64,000 nt of DNA from Camelus ferus (lineage: Eukaryota). The DNA is taken from NCBI RefSeq assembly GCF_009834535.1, contig NC_045696.1:94676001-94740000 (forward strand). Direction: 5' to 3'. Position numbers and translations under genes: made by a program. Positions 13,591 to 25,590 of the stretch are shown here, piece by piece (positions within the stretch are counted from its first letter, which is position 1; each line of letters starts with the position of its first letter). A model generated the notes under the pieces. The model did not search any database. It had not been told where the DNA came from and was given only the letters and a program-made list of their open reading frames with translations.

Positions 13591-14000
13591 TACTATGGAA
13601 AGCAAGTTCACGTGCCCCACACACAGTGAGGCCGAAGGTTTATTGCTGGGCTGAGCAAGGAGAATGTGTGCCTCATGCCCTAAAAGTCCTCAACACCCCA
13701 AATGGCTTCAGCCCAGCAGTTATAAAGGTCAGCTGAGGGAGGGGCGTCCCGGGTGTGTGATCAGCTGTGCACAATTCTCTGGTTGATGGCGATCAATCCT
13801 TAGGTGCCAGAAGGTCTGCTACGTCCTCATGGTCATTAAGTAGTTGAGTCCTTCCATTCGGTGGTGGTTTTTAGCATCAAGAAAACTCAGGAAATAAGCA
13901 TGAGCAACTATTATCTGGGTACTTCAGAGAGGAGCTACAGCAGAGATTATGGGGGAGGGGTCTGTCCCGGGAAGGCCTCACCGGGTCCTGCTCAGTTACA
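13591..14000 (-). mobile_element. 3' LTR of provirus
   Basis: Homologous to 18340-18792; minus-strand start TGTAAC at 14000, preceded by a PPT. Confidence 0.9.
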
Positions 14001-14016
14001 ATTTCCCCGTTTTCTT
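14001..14016 (-). other. Polypurine tract
   Basis: Minus strand AAAGAAACGGGGAAAT immediately 5' of the LTR TG. Confidence 0.85.
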
Positions 14017-15250
14017 TGATCCTCCTCAGTCTTGAGGAGAACAGGTGTTGGACAAGAAGGGGAATGATATTTTGGATACAGAGGTTAATCATAAACTCAG
14101 CAGGGGAACTCAGTTTCAATCTCCAGTCCTGTTTCATCCTTCCCTAGATCTCTCAGGGGTTGGGGTGATGACCGCTCTGGCTACTTCCTGCTGAAACGGG
14201 GCATAGTCCTGCCTTGATTTGGGGAATGGGCACCGAGTTGTAAACACTCCCAAGGTCCAGGTCCTGGATCCGAGTCTTGTATGATTAAGATCTCATTCCC
14301 TGAGGAATTCAGGAAAATAAGCCTGAAAACCAGTCTGGGCCTGGCACTTTGGGGAGATTTGTAGCCAGGTAGCCAGTTGTCTACTTTGATCTGAGTAGGT
14401 TTTAACTTTTGATGTGGTATTAACAATACATAACAAGAGCTACTGACCACTACACATCTCCTTTTTATTTTCTTGCTAACATCTGATTTAAAGCAATTTT
14501 ATTCTCTAAAAATTTAATAATTACAAGAGGAGACCTTGAGGTCACATGGTTACAGCTACCATCTGCCAGCAGACACTGCTTTGAGTGGCTGGTGGCCTTC
14601 TGAGTATGACACAGCTCAGGAAACTAGACTTCTCAACAATCCAGGAACGTGTCTGAAACCATGTCCACAAAGGCCACCTAGTTTTACCTTGGGTGTATGA
14701 GCCAGAACTACTCCATTTTGACTTTCAAATGTATTCCCCTCCCTCAAGGCCAAAGGCAGATGTACAATGTATGTCCAAAAGGCCATAAAAGAGGCTGCTT
14801 TGGTCAGTAAAGTTTAAGTCAAACCATGCAGAAGCCAGAATGACCTCCCCATACCTCAATATGTGCAGATTTTTTCATCATTTCCTTTTTTGATTACAAA
14901 TCTTTCAATAGACAGCATTGATAATCAAAATATCTGTCCCTCAATGTTAGGCCTCCTTTATATTTGTCTAGTTATCCATGTTGGGGGGAAGTCAGGTATC
15001 CTGGCCGGGTGCAGAGGAACGTTAATGGGGAAACACTTCACAGACCATACACTTGATCACTGATACCCAATTGTTATGCAAGCACATGTGCTTCTGCTGT
15101 AGACTTAAAGCAAGCATTTTTATACATCATGAGTAGTTACACTCTGACAACTCCATTAGAGAATTCTCTTTCTATCCTAAACTTTGGGGGCAACACTGAT
15201 AGGGAGACAAACATTTGGTAAACAGTTTAATTAAAAAATATAGGTCAAAA

Positions 15251-15400
15251 AGGGGGATTGGAGGGATAAATCGGGAATTCAGGATTTGCAGATACTAACT
15301 ACTATACAAAATAGATAAACAGCAAGATCCCACTGTATAGCACAGGGAATTATATTCAATACCTTGTAATACCCTATAGTGAAAAAGAATATGAAGAGGA

Positions 15401-15431
<31 letters not shown>

Positions 15432-15510
15432 TGAATCACTATTCTATATACCAGAAATTAACACAACATTGTAAACTGACTATACTTCAATTAAAAAAAA
15501 ATTTTTTTTT
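15251..15510 (+). mobile_element. 5'-truncated artiodactyl-type L1 3' end inserted in the ERV
   Basis: 'ctgtatagcacagggaattatattcaatacc...aacacaacattgtaaactgactatacttcaattaaaaaa'; TSD core TAGGTCAAAA at 15241-15250 and 15519-15528; internal (TA)n. Confidence 0.9.
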
Positions 15511-17249
15511 AAAAAGCGTAGGTCAAAAGCCAGCAATATCTCAGACAAAATCCAAAAAACCTACAATCCCATTAATCAGTTCACCCAATTCCATGCAACC
15601 AATTGCCCTTACCAACAGTTTCATGAGTTTCATGAAATCAGTCTCCACCAGATCCCTTAAATATCTTACCCAGTTCAGTAGTATAATCTAAAACTTTCAC
15701 TTGTCACAAAGCCCCTGTTTTATGAATCCTCTTGAAGATGAAGCAGTCCCACAAAGCATCAGCTCAACTGTCTATAACAAAAGACTTTAAAAAGCAAGAT
15801 AAAAGATCTGATTACAACGTTTTTGACAAAGAAGCTTAATCAAATTGCTGTGACATACAGCATTCCACGATAATAACCAGAATCATAACTGATAGCACCA
15901 TACACCAGGACACAGCCAAATCTCAGACACTCCGCAGAGCTTCTAGAATGTCCACATCAACAGCATTTATTCATGTCACACAATCTGAGGAGGCTTAGCA
16001 CTCGTTCAACAAAGCTTCCCGTGCAATTCAACACACCAACCAATCCTAGTTAGATGTGTTTCTCTGCGATGCCTCCGGGGCCCTCTGAAGCATCCCAAAG
16101 TTAGGGAAGCCAAAAGAACTTTAATTAGAATTTGATAGGTTTGTCAAAAATATCAGTAAGTTTCAAACAATCTGTTTTCAGAACATTCTAAGTAAACTTG
16201 TTCTCTTAGTAGGGAGGAACTGCATCTAGTCCTGTACCAACCTACTTTTAATAACAAAATCCATTTACCTAAGTAAGTTTAATCTCAGCCCAACCATGCA
16301 CAAAACTCCTTTTTTTAGGGCTCTTTTTCTACAAACTTTCCACAACTTTCTGCATCTATATTAGTTGTCCCTTACTTTTTTCCCCATCCAGAAAAGTTAC
16401 TTTTCCTTTAACAAAATGCAATTCTATTCCTCATACCTTTTTGTTTAACTCAAAACATTTATCTTAACTTTCCACTCTATATGAAATGACCTAGCTATTC
16501 AACTATTCAATAAACTTCCATCATTTAACTTAATTTAGCACAACTCTAAAATTTCAAATTACCAAATATCTGGAGAGATCATTTTTAAGTAGATATTGCT
16601 GAAACAATTATTTCTAAAAAGTTCACCCAAAAGCTTTTATCTCATTTGAATTTAATTCACTTGTAAGAATTTCACATCAATTTTCTTCTTTCTGCTGACA
16701 AACTCTGCAACAGAAATAACAGAAACTTACTGACCTTCAGTAAACCTAGGTGCAATAAAAGACATGTCTGTATTGATTACTACAAACTTAAGCTAGCTTT
16801 AATATCAGATATTAATTTATTACTGAATATTTCCTAGCTCCTGTGAAACTGAAATTTATTTTCTAGCTTCTTTTACACTTAGAAGTACTTAATTTGTAAG
16901 CACTTACTTTTAAGTCAGTTAAATAGGGCTCAATTACAAGTTAATTTTTACATAAAAGACAGAACCAGAGGTCTGTTTTTCCACTTGAGTTTACACCCCC
17001 CCCTCCTTTTTTTTTTTATTGAGAGCCCAGGTTATATCATCTACATCTCAAAGGCACAGGAAGAGAAACGCAACTTCCTCCTGTGACTGCTTTTATAAAA
17101 CCCAATCATCTTGGCTGTTTTCATAGATTTTTTTTTCCAGTTCCCAAATACCCACCAGACAATAGTATACCTATCATCTGCTCACATTCACATGCCTCAC
17201 TTTCAGCAAAACCAGGAAGAGAGAACAGGATTTGGACTCAGGTAAAAAC

Positions 17250-17469
17250 ACATCCAAGATAAAAGCCAAATTGCAAAAGGCCCACTTTGATATAACAGCA
17301 GAGCCATCATGGGCCATTGTTCTCCAGGTCTCGGGAGTACTGAGCCCACACAGTGTGACAATAAAAAATACCATTTTCCTTTATTTATAGGAGCATAGCT
17401 GAAGACCTCTCAGTTCTGCAAAATATACTCCAGGGGACTATAAGATGGAACAGAGCTCTGATCATCCAT
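17250..17469 (-). pseudogene. gag: Decayed ERV gag matrix (MA) region
   Basis: ATG at 17469: MDDQSSVPSYSPLEYILQN*EVF, then after frameshifts YCHTVWAQYS, PGEQWP, HDGS, LQFGFY. Matches the class I MA pattern SPLxCILxNW..FCNTAWPQY..EQWPxNGS..LQLDLF. Confidence 0.8.
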
Positions 17470-18130
17470 ATTTAATTATTCATAGCCAACGTTATCAAAT
17501 ATCAAGCAAACAACAATTTAATATGATCTCTGAGTCACAGTTCCCTAGCTTCAAAAGGGAAGATTCCCAACCAGTCCCCCATCAATCCAAAAGGCTAGAA
17601 AGGGAAAATCCCTAGCAAGGCTCCCCGCAGTGATGTCAGTGCAATAGGGAAGGATACCCTGGTGTTGTCTCCTGCGAGCCACGTTTCTCACCAAAGATGT
17701 CTCAACTGGCCAGTGTAGGTACTAACACCCACACGTACAAACAACAAACATGGTTCCACAAACAAAAGATCTTCTGAAAGAGAATGGAGTCAGAGTGGCT
17801 CCCAATGAGCCCAGACGAGCTCACTTCCTGGAGGGGAAAGAACCCAAGTTGAGCAGGTAGAATTTCCCAACCTGTGCAAACCAGAGTGGCTCACCCCAAA
17901 ACGACATACACAAAAGCACAAACAACAAATAAGCTACAGTCTCACAATCAGAGGAGTAGTCTCAAAATACCATTTCAACTCCCAGACAGAGGCCTCCAAA
18001 CAGACTGGCCCAGCTCTGGAAAGAGAGCGGACCCAGAGTGGCTCGCAGTGAGCCCCAAGTGGCTCAGTTCCAGCAAGAAAATGAGCCCAGATAAAGAGGA
18101 GAGAATTCCTGGCCTGTGCAAGCAGAAGCC

Positions 18131-18136
18131 ACTCAC
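18131..18136 (-). promoter_or_regulatory. Candidate ERV major splice donor
   Basis: Minus strand GGG|GTGAGT about 200 nt downstream of the 5' LTR. Confidence 0.45.
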
Positions 18137-18315
18137 CCCAGGCAACACCAAATGGGAACCGCGTCTCCAGACTCTTCTTGGCTCAAAACAGCATTGTGCG
18201 CCTGTCAGGGAGAGACCCTCCCAGTTTCGTGGAGCCAGGTGGGCTCTGGCAGCTGCTGGAGACCCAGGGGAGGGGCTGCCCCAGCCGGGGTTGAAGTGCC
18301 ATGAGTACAGACAGA

Positions 18316-18335
18316 CTGCTAGGCTAGCTTTGCCA
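18316..18335 (-). other. Degenerate primer-binding site (tRNA-Arg-like)
   Basis: Minus strand TGGCAAAGCTAGCCTAGCAG 4 nt after the LTR end; resembles TGGCGAGCCAGCCAGGAG, the complement of the tRNA-Arg(ACG) 3' end. Confidence 0.55.
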
Positions 18336-18339
18336 GAAT

Positions 18340-18792
18340 TGTTACTGAATGCAAGTTCGTGTGCCCCACACACAGTGAGGCCAAACAATACTGAAACATC
18401 AGAGTTGGGGGCAGAGAAAGGTTAATTGCAGGGCCAGGCTAGGAGAACAAATACCTCACGCCCAAAGAAGCCCTAAGCTCCCAGAAGGGCTTCAGCTGAG
18501 CTTCTGTAGAGGCCAGTTGATGGAGGGGCGGCCCCAGGCATGTGATCAGCTGTGCACAATTCTCTGGTTGGTCGATGATGATCAGTACTTAGGTGCCAAA
18601 AGGCTTGGGAACTACTTGCTCATGATCATCAGGTAGTTGAGTTTTTTCCATTGGGTGGTGGTTTTTAGCATCTGAAAAACTCAGGAAATGTGTATGAGAT
18701 ACTATTATCTGGGTACCTCAGAGAGGAACTGCAGCAGAGGTTATGAGGAAGGTCTGTATCTGGAAGGCCTGACAGGGTCCTGCTGGGTTACA
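18340..18792 (-). mobile_element. 5' LTR of provirus
   Basis: TGT...ACA termini; shares blocks such as 'gtgccccacacacagtgaggcc', 'tgtgatcagctgtgcacaattctctggttg' and 'actattatctgggtac' with 13591-14000. Confidence 0.9.
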
Positions 18793-19614
18793 TTAACACA
18801 ATTTCTCTGGCCAGGAAAGATAAAAATATAGATTTTTTTGGTTTATTATTTCAAAACTTACTAATTTTCTTACTGTTATAAATGCAGATGCAAGCATTTA
18901 ACCTTTAACATGTATTTAGCCTTCTGTCTGTTTTATAATGAATTATGCTGAATAAAGTATGAAGTAGTGACATTTAAAGTATAGGTGATATTTTCATAGA
19001 GGATAACCTTATTTCAATGTGTTTGAGCTCAATTTTCATTATCAGTCTTACATTTAAAGTCCTGAAGTACAATTCCACGGAAGTTGTTAAATAGAGACTT
19101 ACTTAAAAACTATCCAAAAAGAACATGGCCTGTCCCAAAACACACACCCACACACACATATAAGCAGGTGTAAACTTTGGAATATATTACCAAATAATAA
19201 AGGGGACTACTATAAAAAAAAAACCAAGAATTATATGTCCTTTAATTTCAAAAGGGTAAACACTTCACAAATTAAAGCACGACAGTGTTTTGCCAATAGA
19301 TCTCAGAAAACTATCCTTTGCTAGAGCGTATGTGGTAATATCTCAGTATATTCTGGAGTGGAAAATTCCTTAACCCTACTGAAATATGTTTAAATGAATG
19401 CATCTATAATTTTTGTTCCCTAAATAGGATTTTTCTACTCTTTATTTAGCTGTAAGATAGTAAGGGCAATCTCTTGACAATCAATTCACAGCATAAGGTT
19501 TGTCTAAATCAATAAATTCTGACTTTTAAAATTGCCATTTTCCAATTCTATTGCATGGTTTTCTGTCTCCAATCTCCAAATCTGTGAAGCATTTAACATC
19601 CAATCATTGAAAAA

Positions 19615-19735
19615 TTTTTTTCTTTTTTTTTAATTTAAATTTTTTTCTTTTGATTTAAAATGTTCTATTAGTTCCTGGGTATACAATACAGGGGTTCAGT
19701 TATACATATATACACATATTCTTTTTCATATTCTG
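19615..19735 (-). mobile_element. Short L1 3' end
   Basis: T-rich tail then 'aaatgttctattagttcctgggtatacaa...ttcagttatacatatatacacatattctttttcatattc'. Confidence 0.7.
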
Positions 19736-20379
19736 AAATTTTTTTTTCTTTTTCACATTGATTCTTTCTTCTCACTGAGGCGGGCCATGCCCAGGTTGTG
19801 GTCCTCCATTTCCTTATCTTCCACCTTTCACAGCTCAGTTAATTCCACTTTAGCTGGTGTTCTGTCAGGTACACAATATCCCCTTTAATTTCATCCCTCC
19901 CCCGGTTTTATTCTAACTCTTTCTCTTTTACTTCAGGAAAGACCTCTCACACTTTTTGCTCTCCTGTTTTCCCCTTTCGTCAGTCTGAAAGATAAAGGTA
20001 ATGTTAATCATGGGTAAGAAGTCCCACACTTTTACAGTAAAAAGGAAAGTTATGAGATTAGGGGAAGTTTAACTATAACATAGACCAACTTCCTTTGACT
20101 TCTAAAGCTCCTGAAAGTAGCCAGAAGTTCCCAACAGACATTTCACAAATCTCTAACATCAAAACTCCTTTTAATAAAACCAGCTTTCCTTCAAATACCA
20201 GCATCAAGACAGAGGATCAATAAGAAATCACATTAAGTGATATTGCTTTTCTGGTTTATTTCATTATTATTACAGAAGTCCTACTTCTTTATTTTTCGTT
20301 GTAACTTAACCTCGGTCATATTATGGGTCAGGCAGACACTTGTGGGCTCGCCTTTGCTCTGACTGTTCATTCTCTCCCA

Positions 20380-20755
20380 GTCTTCTGCCTGGAAGTGCTC
20401 AAGAGCATCCAACCTGGTTGTTCTCTCTGCTTCTATCTTTGCCTTTCCTGTTATTTTCCACTCAGCAATCGGAGTGATTCTTTAAAAGCATAACCAGAAC
20501 TTGTCACTTGCAGGGCTTGACCCTCCAAAGGTACCATATTTAGGATAAAATCCAAAGGCTTCCTAAAATCTATAGCCCACCAGATCCTAAATCATGTGGC
20601 TCCAGTCTTCCATCCTCCACCCGCGCCCGCCCCCCCAACCACTGCAGATAAACCGAGTTATAGACTGGGCTTCCAGAACAGCACGTTTGCGCCCCTCTCT
20701 GGAAGTCTCCCTCCAGATATGCTGAGATCTGGGCTCCTACGTCACTTCAGGCTGG
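20380..20755 (+). mobile_element. L2 fragment
   Basis: 'ttttccactcagcaatcggagtgattctttaaaagcataa...aggataaaatccaaa'. Confidence 0.65.
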
Positions 20756-20759
20756 TTAA

Positions 20760-21120
20760 CGTTTTAGATAATACCTGAGTAGCCAGGCAGTCAAGACTGA
20801 ATTGTGTGACAGGAATCTGAGCAAAGAAAGAAAAAATTGGAAACCAGTAACAGAGATACACACAGACAGAGAGTGGGCGACTGTCTAAGAGGAAACATGT
20901 GAGAGAAGACAAGGGGCCCGCCTGGGAAGTGGCCCACAATTACGTGACCTGGAGGAGGAGCCACTGAAGGAAAGAGGGGAGGAGGAAGAGAATCCAGCAG
21001 TGCAATGTCACTGAGTATCTGTGATGTGGAAATTAAAAAAAAAAAAGTAGATGAATAATCAAGTGAAATGTAATAGTTTAGGAAATGTGAAGATCAAGGG
21101 AAAAGCCGTTGGCCCTGCTG
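20760..21120 (-). mobile_element. L2 fragment
   Basis: Purine-rich L2 antisense pattern 'gaggaggagccactgaagga...gagaatccagcagtgcaatgtcac'. Confidence 0.45.
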
Positions 21121-22239
21121 ATTCATCGCATTGTTTCAGGGTAGAAAATGTCTTTTGTACTTCTAACATCTCCTGTAATTAATGAATTTTTGGGACAACT
21201 TTTGTAATTATCCTGTATATTTATGGAGCAAATATTCCATGTGCCCACTGCTAGTTCCATTTTGATGATTCTTATTTGTTCTTAATTATCTGCATCATAG
21301 TGAGAAAGTCTATCTACAATACCATTGCCCCTTGAAGGTTTCTATGAAATTGCTGCTTATAAAAAGTAGAAGCTCTGATATGTAAGGCATTGGGGGTTAT
21401 CAGGAGTCATTCACAGAATCAGATCTGAATCATAAAGAAAAAAATTGTTTTTTAAGTTTAAAATATTTTTTTACTGTTTGTATGGTTTGGTTGACAGGTC
21501 TATAGAACTCGGTTAATGTCATCTAAAATATCACCACAAAACCCCTCCAGGGATATCGCAGGCTAAATCAGCATACCTATGAGTAAAAGAACGGTTCTGT
21601 ATCTACTGTCAGTGTTATGGAAGTCCTGTACTCAAGCAAAGTTATAATTATATGTAATTAACTTTTCCATTTTCAACTAATTAAAGGGAGACCTGAAAAG
21701 CCATCTTCCCTGTATAACACAGTGTATTGAAGCTTGAAAGTTTGAACATTTAATAAAAAAAAAAAAGGCGTATCTATTTTGGCTTCCTCTTATCCCTCTT
21801 GTTAACAGAAATAGTCCACTGGCTCTAGAATAGAAATGCCAAGCTTTCAAATTATGTGGTGTTAGGATGAGGATAAATTTGCTATGATATTTTAAACATG
21901 CATTTTTAAATTCAGATCTCAAAAGACCTGGAGCAGTGCAATTTGTAAACTGAAAACAACATAATTAATACAAACTGATTCAACGAATCAAAACAAAACA
22001 GAAGGCAAGTCCTCTGAGTAACATCTAAACAAAGACAGGAGAGGAGACATCACATCCTCATTGCTTAACAAACTTACTCTTACATAAATATTTACTTAAT
22101 TTACTCATTCTTATATCTGCTAAGAGCAAGATTGTTTTTCAAATACTGCAAATGTTAGAATTTCAGATGATAAATTTTGGATTACAGATATAGAAATATG
22201 AGACCATTTCACATTTTAACATGATACAGTTTCAAACAT

Positions 22240-22570
22240 CTATACAGAGCATGACTTTGCCATCAGCATAGATTTTATTTATAAAATGTACACTAAAATT
22301 GATCATGAAAGAGTATATGATGTTATAAAAGGGAAGAATTATTGTTGCAGACAAGTACTCTTTGACATGGGAAAATTCTAAGTGGAAAAGCTCTACAAAA
22401 TAATCAAGAATTATCTTGTGCGTGTATGCAAGAAAAGGTTTATTAAAGACTGAAATGGCACATATCAAAATACAGCATGTTGGGATTACAGATTAATTTT
22501 TTTGCTTATTTGCATTTTCTGAATGTTCTGCAATGTATCTGTATCATTTTGTTATTCATTTTGTAACAAT
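22240..22570 (+). mobile_element. L1ME-type 3' end
   Basis: 'gggattacagattaattttttt...gcattttctgaatgttctgcaatgtatctgtatcattttg'. Confidence 0.5.
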
Positions 22571-22679
22571 TTATGAAACTGTGTAAGACAGTATTCAAAG
22601 GTAAACCAAAGAGACACAATCCCTGTCAATACAGGGCTGATATTTATAATACATAGTTTACTTTAAAATTTATATTTCC

Positions 22680-22935
22680 TAGTGATTAAGAGCATAGACT
22701 TTGGAGATAAATTGCCTGTGTTCAAATCTCAGCTTTGCCACTTACTACATGTGACTTTGGATAAGTTATTTAACCTCTCCACACCTCAGAGACCTCATAA
22801 GTAGTAGAGGGCCAATAATAATAGTTACTCCATAGGATGTCTTGAGAAATCAGTGAGTAGATACCTGCAAAGCACTTGTATTAGTGCTAGCATCTGGTTA
22901 GCCCTTTGTAAGTGTAAATTAGTATTATTATAATT
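22680..22935 (+). mobile_element. MIR SINE (near full length)
   Basis: 'agtgattaagagcatagactttggag...ttcaaatctcagctttgccacttactacatgtgactttggataagttatttaacctctc'. Confidence 0.9.
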
Positions 22936-23667
22936 ATTAATTGCATTTTGAAATCTTTTTTATTTTTTTAAGGAGATGGCTGAGCAGGAAAAACTGCATT
23001 TTCTCTGTAAAATCTGTAAAAGACTATGGAATTTAAGATGTAGTAGTTATACTGAGAAAAGAGAACTTTAATATAATCAAAACTTTTATAAGGAACGTGT
23101 TAGAGCATTACTGTTAAACATATTGTTGCAGATACATTAGTATATTAATACGTCCACTTCTGTGTTTACACAGCAGTTAGCACACACTTGGCCTATCAGA
23201 AAATAGGAAAGTTTTTTCCTATCCATCTATATCATGGGAAGAAAAATTTTACTTAATGGACTTGATATAAATTAGAGTTATAAGATATGGGGAAGAAAGG
23301 ATGCTTTGAAGATATAACATAATTATCATTTTTAAAATGGGTCTAATTTCTATGTCTCTACTTACCGGGTTTAATTACTCACTATGCTCTCTGATAGGCA
23401 GTTTATACTATGTATGATGTCTGTGAACACAGTCAGTTACTTTTGTTCAAATTGTCATTTGAAGTTTTCAAATTTTATCCTAATGAGAATAAACAGAATT
23501 TGGAGGTAGAAGGCAATGAGAGATGAGATATTAACCATATATAATAAGTGGTTTGACTTTAAAGTCAAAGCTATTTTGCCAATAAACAAACACAGGACAG
23601 TTTCTTGTTTATGTGTTGCTAATGAAACTAACCAGAAAAGCCAGGCCTGAGGTTGATGCACTGCTTC

Positions 23668-23885
23668 TTTTATTATTCATCCATTTATCATTAATGGCAG
23701 TGGTGGAGTCTTAAACGATGCTTCATTCCTCTACTCTCATTGAGACCTGCTCTGTGTGCCAGGTACTGGGCTAGTGCCCGCTCCTCCATCAACCAGGATG
23801 AACACGGTCTAGGTCCTGCCCTCAAGAAGTCTGCAGCCTAGTAGGAAAGCAGACATACGAATGTCCCATTACTGTTCGATATGTG
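23668..23885 (-). mobile_element. L2 3' end
   Basis: 'ttcatccatttatc...tgtgtgccaggtactgggctag...gtcctgccctcaagaag'. Confidence 0.7.
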
Positions 23886-25161
23886 ATTAATAGAGAAGAA
23901 TGTAAAAGGAGCCAAGCCTTGTCTTCCTGTTCATAAATATTTGAAAGGTTTTCATGACACCATTTGTTATAAAACTTCTGTAAAACGCAGACATTTTTAC
24001 ACATACTGACGTTGATTTCTATAACGTAATGTTCAGGCAAATAATCAAGGTTTAACACAAGGATTAAACAGAGTAAGAGTGTCTTGGAGTCAGGGGAGGG
24101 AATAGAAAGACAAGGTTATTCCCAGGTAGGGCTTTTTTTTTTTTTTTGGTAAACTCAGAAAGAGGGTATAAAATCACCACAACAAAAGAGGGGCTATTTT
24201 TAATAGGGTAATAATCTCTCCTTAAGCTCGAATATAAGACACAGACTTTCTAATTACTTCATGGATCAAAGTTTTATCTGACTGAAAAATATGATAAACA
24301 TAGACTTTAATTGTCCACAGTCTAATAATCTTTTTTATACTTAATAAAAATTGAATGTTAGCTTTGTGATAAACTATTTCATATAAACTGATACATGAAA
24401 AAGCAATGACATTTTATACGCAAATTATCTTATTCTGAAAAGTCCCAGCAGAGTATGTCAAAAAAAACAATCTGTGATCACTTTATTTTGAGCTTAATGT
24501 CAATACCCATTCTTAGTTTAAACAGAAGTAAAGCAGTCTGAAGTTTTGATCTGCATTTTGATGGAACCTTGGTCATTTCTCCTACTTTGTGCAAGTTTAA
24601 AGATGAAATAATTTTTAATTGGCAAAATCACCAATAAAATGAATACAGAACAACAAAGGGACCACCCAGAGTCAGCACAAATGGCTCACAAATTTCTTCC
24701 CATGAAAGAGCTTAGAAGTTATTAGTTCAATACATAAATATATGCAAAATGAAAATGAATGCTTTTGTTAAAGGATTATGTTTTATAGTTTTCATCACAT
24801 GAAAGGTGAGCATACAGAATTTTAGATGTTTCTAGTAATTCTAGAGTGAAGACTTCTAAAAAAGGAACTGGGGTAAAATCCGTTCGTTATAATAGAAGGA
24901 AGAAATATCTATTAGTTTCTCCAAAAGCAACTATATTACTGCTCTCCCTCTGTTCCCACTCCCCACCTCCCCACTCTCAGACTCTTAAGGCTGAATAATT
25001 CCTGGTTACAGGGGCACAGGTAGTGGAATCTAGGTAGAAGTCAAATTGGACAAAATATTGTGGTCAGATCAGTCCTAAGAAATGTTAGGATAATTCTTAT
25101 GCATGCACCTTGCTATAGTATTTTGAAATAGGACATAATTATTTTTTAAACCTGTTCCTAC

Positions 25162-25590
25162 TGTGATGGTCAATTTTCTGTGGCAGCTTTGTTGAGCCAT
25201 GGTACCCAGATCTGTGGTCAAATATGATCCTGGATGTTTCTGTGAGGGTGTTTTGGATGGGATGAACATTTAAACTGGTGAATTTTGAGTAAAGTAGATT
25301 GCATTCCACATTGTGGATGGACCTCATTCAATTAACTGAAGGCCTGTATAGAACAAAAGACCGACCTCCCTTGACCAAAAGGGGATTCTTTTGGTCAGCA
25401 GATGGCCTCCAAACCTGAACTACAGCATTGGCTCTTCCCTGGTTCTCCAGCCTCATGGCCCACCCTGCAGATCTTGGACTTGGCAGCCTCCATACCTGTG
25501 TAAGCCAATTCCTTGAAATAAAATTTAGTTCTACATATATGTTCACGTCCTGTTGTATCTCAGTCTGCTTCTTTGGAAAATCCTAACACA
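25162..25590 (+). mobile_element. MLT2 (ERVL) solo LTR
   Basis: TGTGATGGTCAATTTT...ctaacaca; 'ggatgtttctgtgagggtgttttggatg'; degenerate 5-bp TSD CCTAC/CTTAT. Confidence 0.9.

Larger units (their letters stand above)
13591..18792 (-). mobile_element. Internally deleted class I (gamma-like) ERV provirus
   Basis: Two homologous LTRs, PPT, PBS, splice donor and gag MA remnant; imperfect 4-bp TSD TGAA/TTAA. Confidence 0.9.

Noticed and set aside
14181..14830. Possible RNase H/integrase remnants (FTDQ, EGHQ, YVLL..KVD) on the minus strand
   Set aside because: Resemblance is too weak to call by eye; needs TBLASTN or an HMM search.
17874..18425. Longest ORF (183 aa, +) and overlapping 137-aa minus ORF
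   Set aside because: They lie over the GC-richer ERV leader and LTR, have non-ATG starts and no recognisable domain. The real gag remnant starts at 17469.
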